Source: Dechloromonas sp. (GTDB lineage: Bacteria > Pseudomonadota > Gammaproteobacteria > Burkholderiales > Rhodocyclaceae). From it: DNA of 64,000 nt. The stretch's first letter is position 1. Each line of letters starts with the position of its first letter. The notes beneath the pieces were generated by a model. That model ran no database searches, was not told where the DNA came from, and saw only the letters and a list, made by a program, of their open reading frames with translations. Location: the NCBI GenBank assembly GCA_011391255.1, contig JAABQV010000004.1, positions 97,084 to 161,083 of the forward strand. The letters are read 5' to 3'. Of the stretch, positions 62,401 through 64,000 are shown one piece after another. Made by a program: the position numbers and the translations under genes.

Positions 62401-63390
62401 GTGTATGACCGAAAGCCACCCGGCCATCGTTGATGGCGGTTCGATACTGGAGCGCTGCAGCAGCTTAATGAGCGCGTTACTCAAAATCAATTCACTGGTT
62501 TCGTGCAAATACTCCCAGCCGCCGGCGCCCGAAGCTTCCATTGCCAGTTGCAGATGAGTTTCCAGGCGGCGCTGCTGGTGTTCGTGCAGCGCCTCGTTTA
62601 CCGCCGATTCCATTTGATGGAGTGCAAGCTGCTCGAAAAGCCGGTGCTGGCTGATGACGCCAACAATCATGCCGTGAATGTCAACGACGGCCATGTGGCG
62701 CAGATGACGCTCGGTCATGAATTCGAGGGCTTCAGTGACCGACTTGTCGACCCCGATACTGAAAACCGGTTTGCTCATTGCATCGGAGATCGGCACCTGT
62801 TTTGGGTCGGGATGATCGTGCAGGAGGCGTGGCATGTCACGCTCGGTAAGGATGCCCAGCGGCTTGCCATCCTCGGCTACTACCGTGTAGTCAGCCTTGG
62901 TTTCGACCATCAGGGCGATCGCCTGATCGAGCGTGCTGTCTGGCAGCAAGCACGGCATCTGGCGATCCATCAGGTTGTCGAGTGAGCGCAGTTTTTTGAA
63001 GATGTTGGTGCCGAGAAACAGCCGGAAATCGGTATCGCTGACGATGCCGGCGGTTTTGCCTTCGCTATCGACGACGACCAGATGGCGGATGCCCTTGGTG
63101 TCGATCAGGCTACGTGCGCTCAGCAGGTCGAGATCGCTGGCGGCCGTAATAAGCGATTCGGACATGATTTCGCTGGCCGCAGTCTCCGGCTTGCGGGACT
63201 CATGCAGGGCGCGGGTGATGTCGCTCTCGGTGATGATGCCGATAGAGAGGTTATCGCGGTCAACCATCTAACTGGAGATCTTTTCGCGCGACATCAGCAG
63301 CGCGAGGCTTCTGAGCGATGTTTCCGGAGTCACGCTGCACACGCTGCGTGTCATGATGTCGGCCAGAGTGGATAAAGGCATCGGTCGCAT
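59401..63390 (-). CDS. Cytoplasmic hybrid histidine kinase (4xCBS, PAS, GAF, PAS, HisKA, HATPase, REC, Hpt) with an in-frame TAG at 63268-63270
   Basis: The upstream 61-aa ORF and the 1288-aa ORF are in frame ([20 protein letters not shown]). [23 protein letters not shown]. Confidence 0.82.
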
Positions 63391-63500
63391 GGTTGGTTGT
63401 GTCGTGACGGGTTGTATCGTTTGCTTAGAAAGGGTGCTCGAGCACGACCTCAACTACCGGGGTCGTGCGCATCGCCAGCACCACCTGGTCGCCAAGAAAC

Positions 63501-64000
63501 TTACTCTGCGTAGGCGTCAGCGATTGCTTTGAAGCGTTCAAAATTGTCGGTGAATGCCTGAACGATGTCCGGGTCAAAGTGCGTACCGCTGTCGCCGGTA
63601 ATGATCGTCTGTGCCTGTTCGAAACTCATGGCGGATTTGTAAACCCGCTTGCAGATTAGAGCATCAAAGACATCGGCGAGCGCCATTAGCCGGGCGGCAA
63701 TCGGAATGGCGTCGCCGGCGAGCCCGTCCGGGTAGCCGCTGCCATTCCACTTTTCATGGTGGTAGTGGGCGATTTCCTTGGCCAGCGCGAGAAACTCGAC
63801 TTGCTCGGAGGCGTCGGCTTCAGCCTGGGCGATGGCGTCGCTGCCGAGTTTGGCGTGCGTGCGCATGATCACCCATTCTTCCGGCGTCAACGGGCCCGGT
63901 TTGAGCAGGATGTGGTCGGGAATGCCGACTTTGCCGATGTCGTGCAGCGGTGCCGATTTGGCCAGCGAGGCGATGGTCTTGTCGTCAAGAAAGTGCGCAA
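63501..64000 (-). CDS. HD-GYP c-di-GMP phosphodiesterase, RpfG-like (3' part; 5' end outside the window)
   Basis: SAPLHDIGKVGIPD, HHEKWNGSGYP, ADVFDAL. Confidence 0.9.
   Translation of the reverse strand, partial: AHFLDDKTIASLAKSAPLHDIGKVGIPDHILLKPGPLTPEEWVIMRTHAKLGSDAIAQAEADASEQVEFLALAKEIAHYHHEKWNGSGYPDGLAGDAIPIAARLMALADVFDALICKRVYKSAMSFEQAQTIITGDSGTHFDPDIVQAFTDNFERFKAIADAYAE

Overview
A 64-kb chromosomal segment of a GC-rich betaproteobacterium (gene content and synteny suggest Rhodocyclaceae/Azonexaceae; inference). In order: (1) the 5' part of a CDP-3,6-dideoxyhexose O-antigen cluster (rfbF-rfbG-rfbH, RmlC-type epimerase, NAD-dependent reductase) interrupted by a four-gene double toxin-antitoxin block flanked by a short direct repeat; (2) a diguanylate cyclase, an atypical tRNA-Thr(UGU) and tRNA-Arg(CCU); (3) housekeeping and signalling genes (MCP, uup, two HDOD proteins, alkA-accA-tilS-dapA-bamC, rlmD, yccA); (4) tRNA-Ser(UGA) followed by a ~3-kb integrase-less island remnant with two diverged copies of a GTAAC/GTTAC iteron-and-hairpin module, a truncated Fic gene and a 398-aa hypothetical gene; (5) queF, MCP, GGDEF, ribF-ileS-lspA-fkpB, rpsT, orphan ParA, argD-argF-argG-DUF2788-ppnP-yajQ, thiolase; (6) a five-gene circularly permuted ATP-grasp/alpha-E/transglutaminase/DUF2126 amidoligase operon behind a sigma54 plus NtrC-like promoter; (7) an HD-GYP plus two hybrid histidine kinase cluster in which both kinases carry lesions (an in-frame TAG; a deleted receiver core). 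All calls come from manual reading of motifs; no database searches were run.
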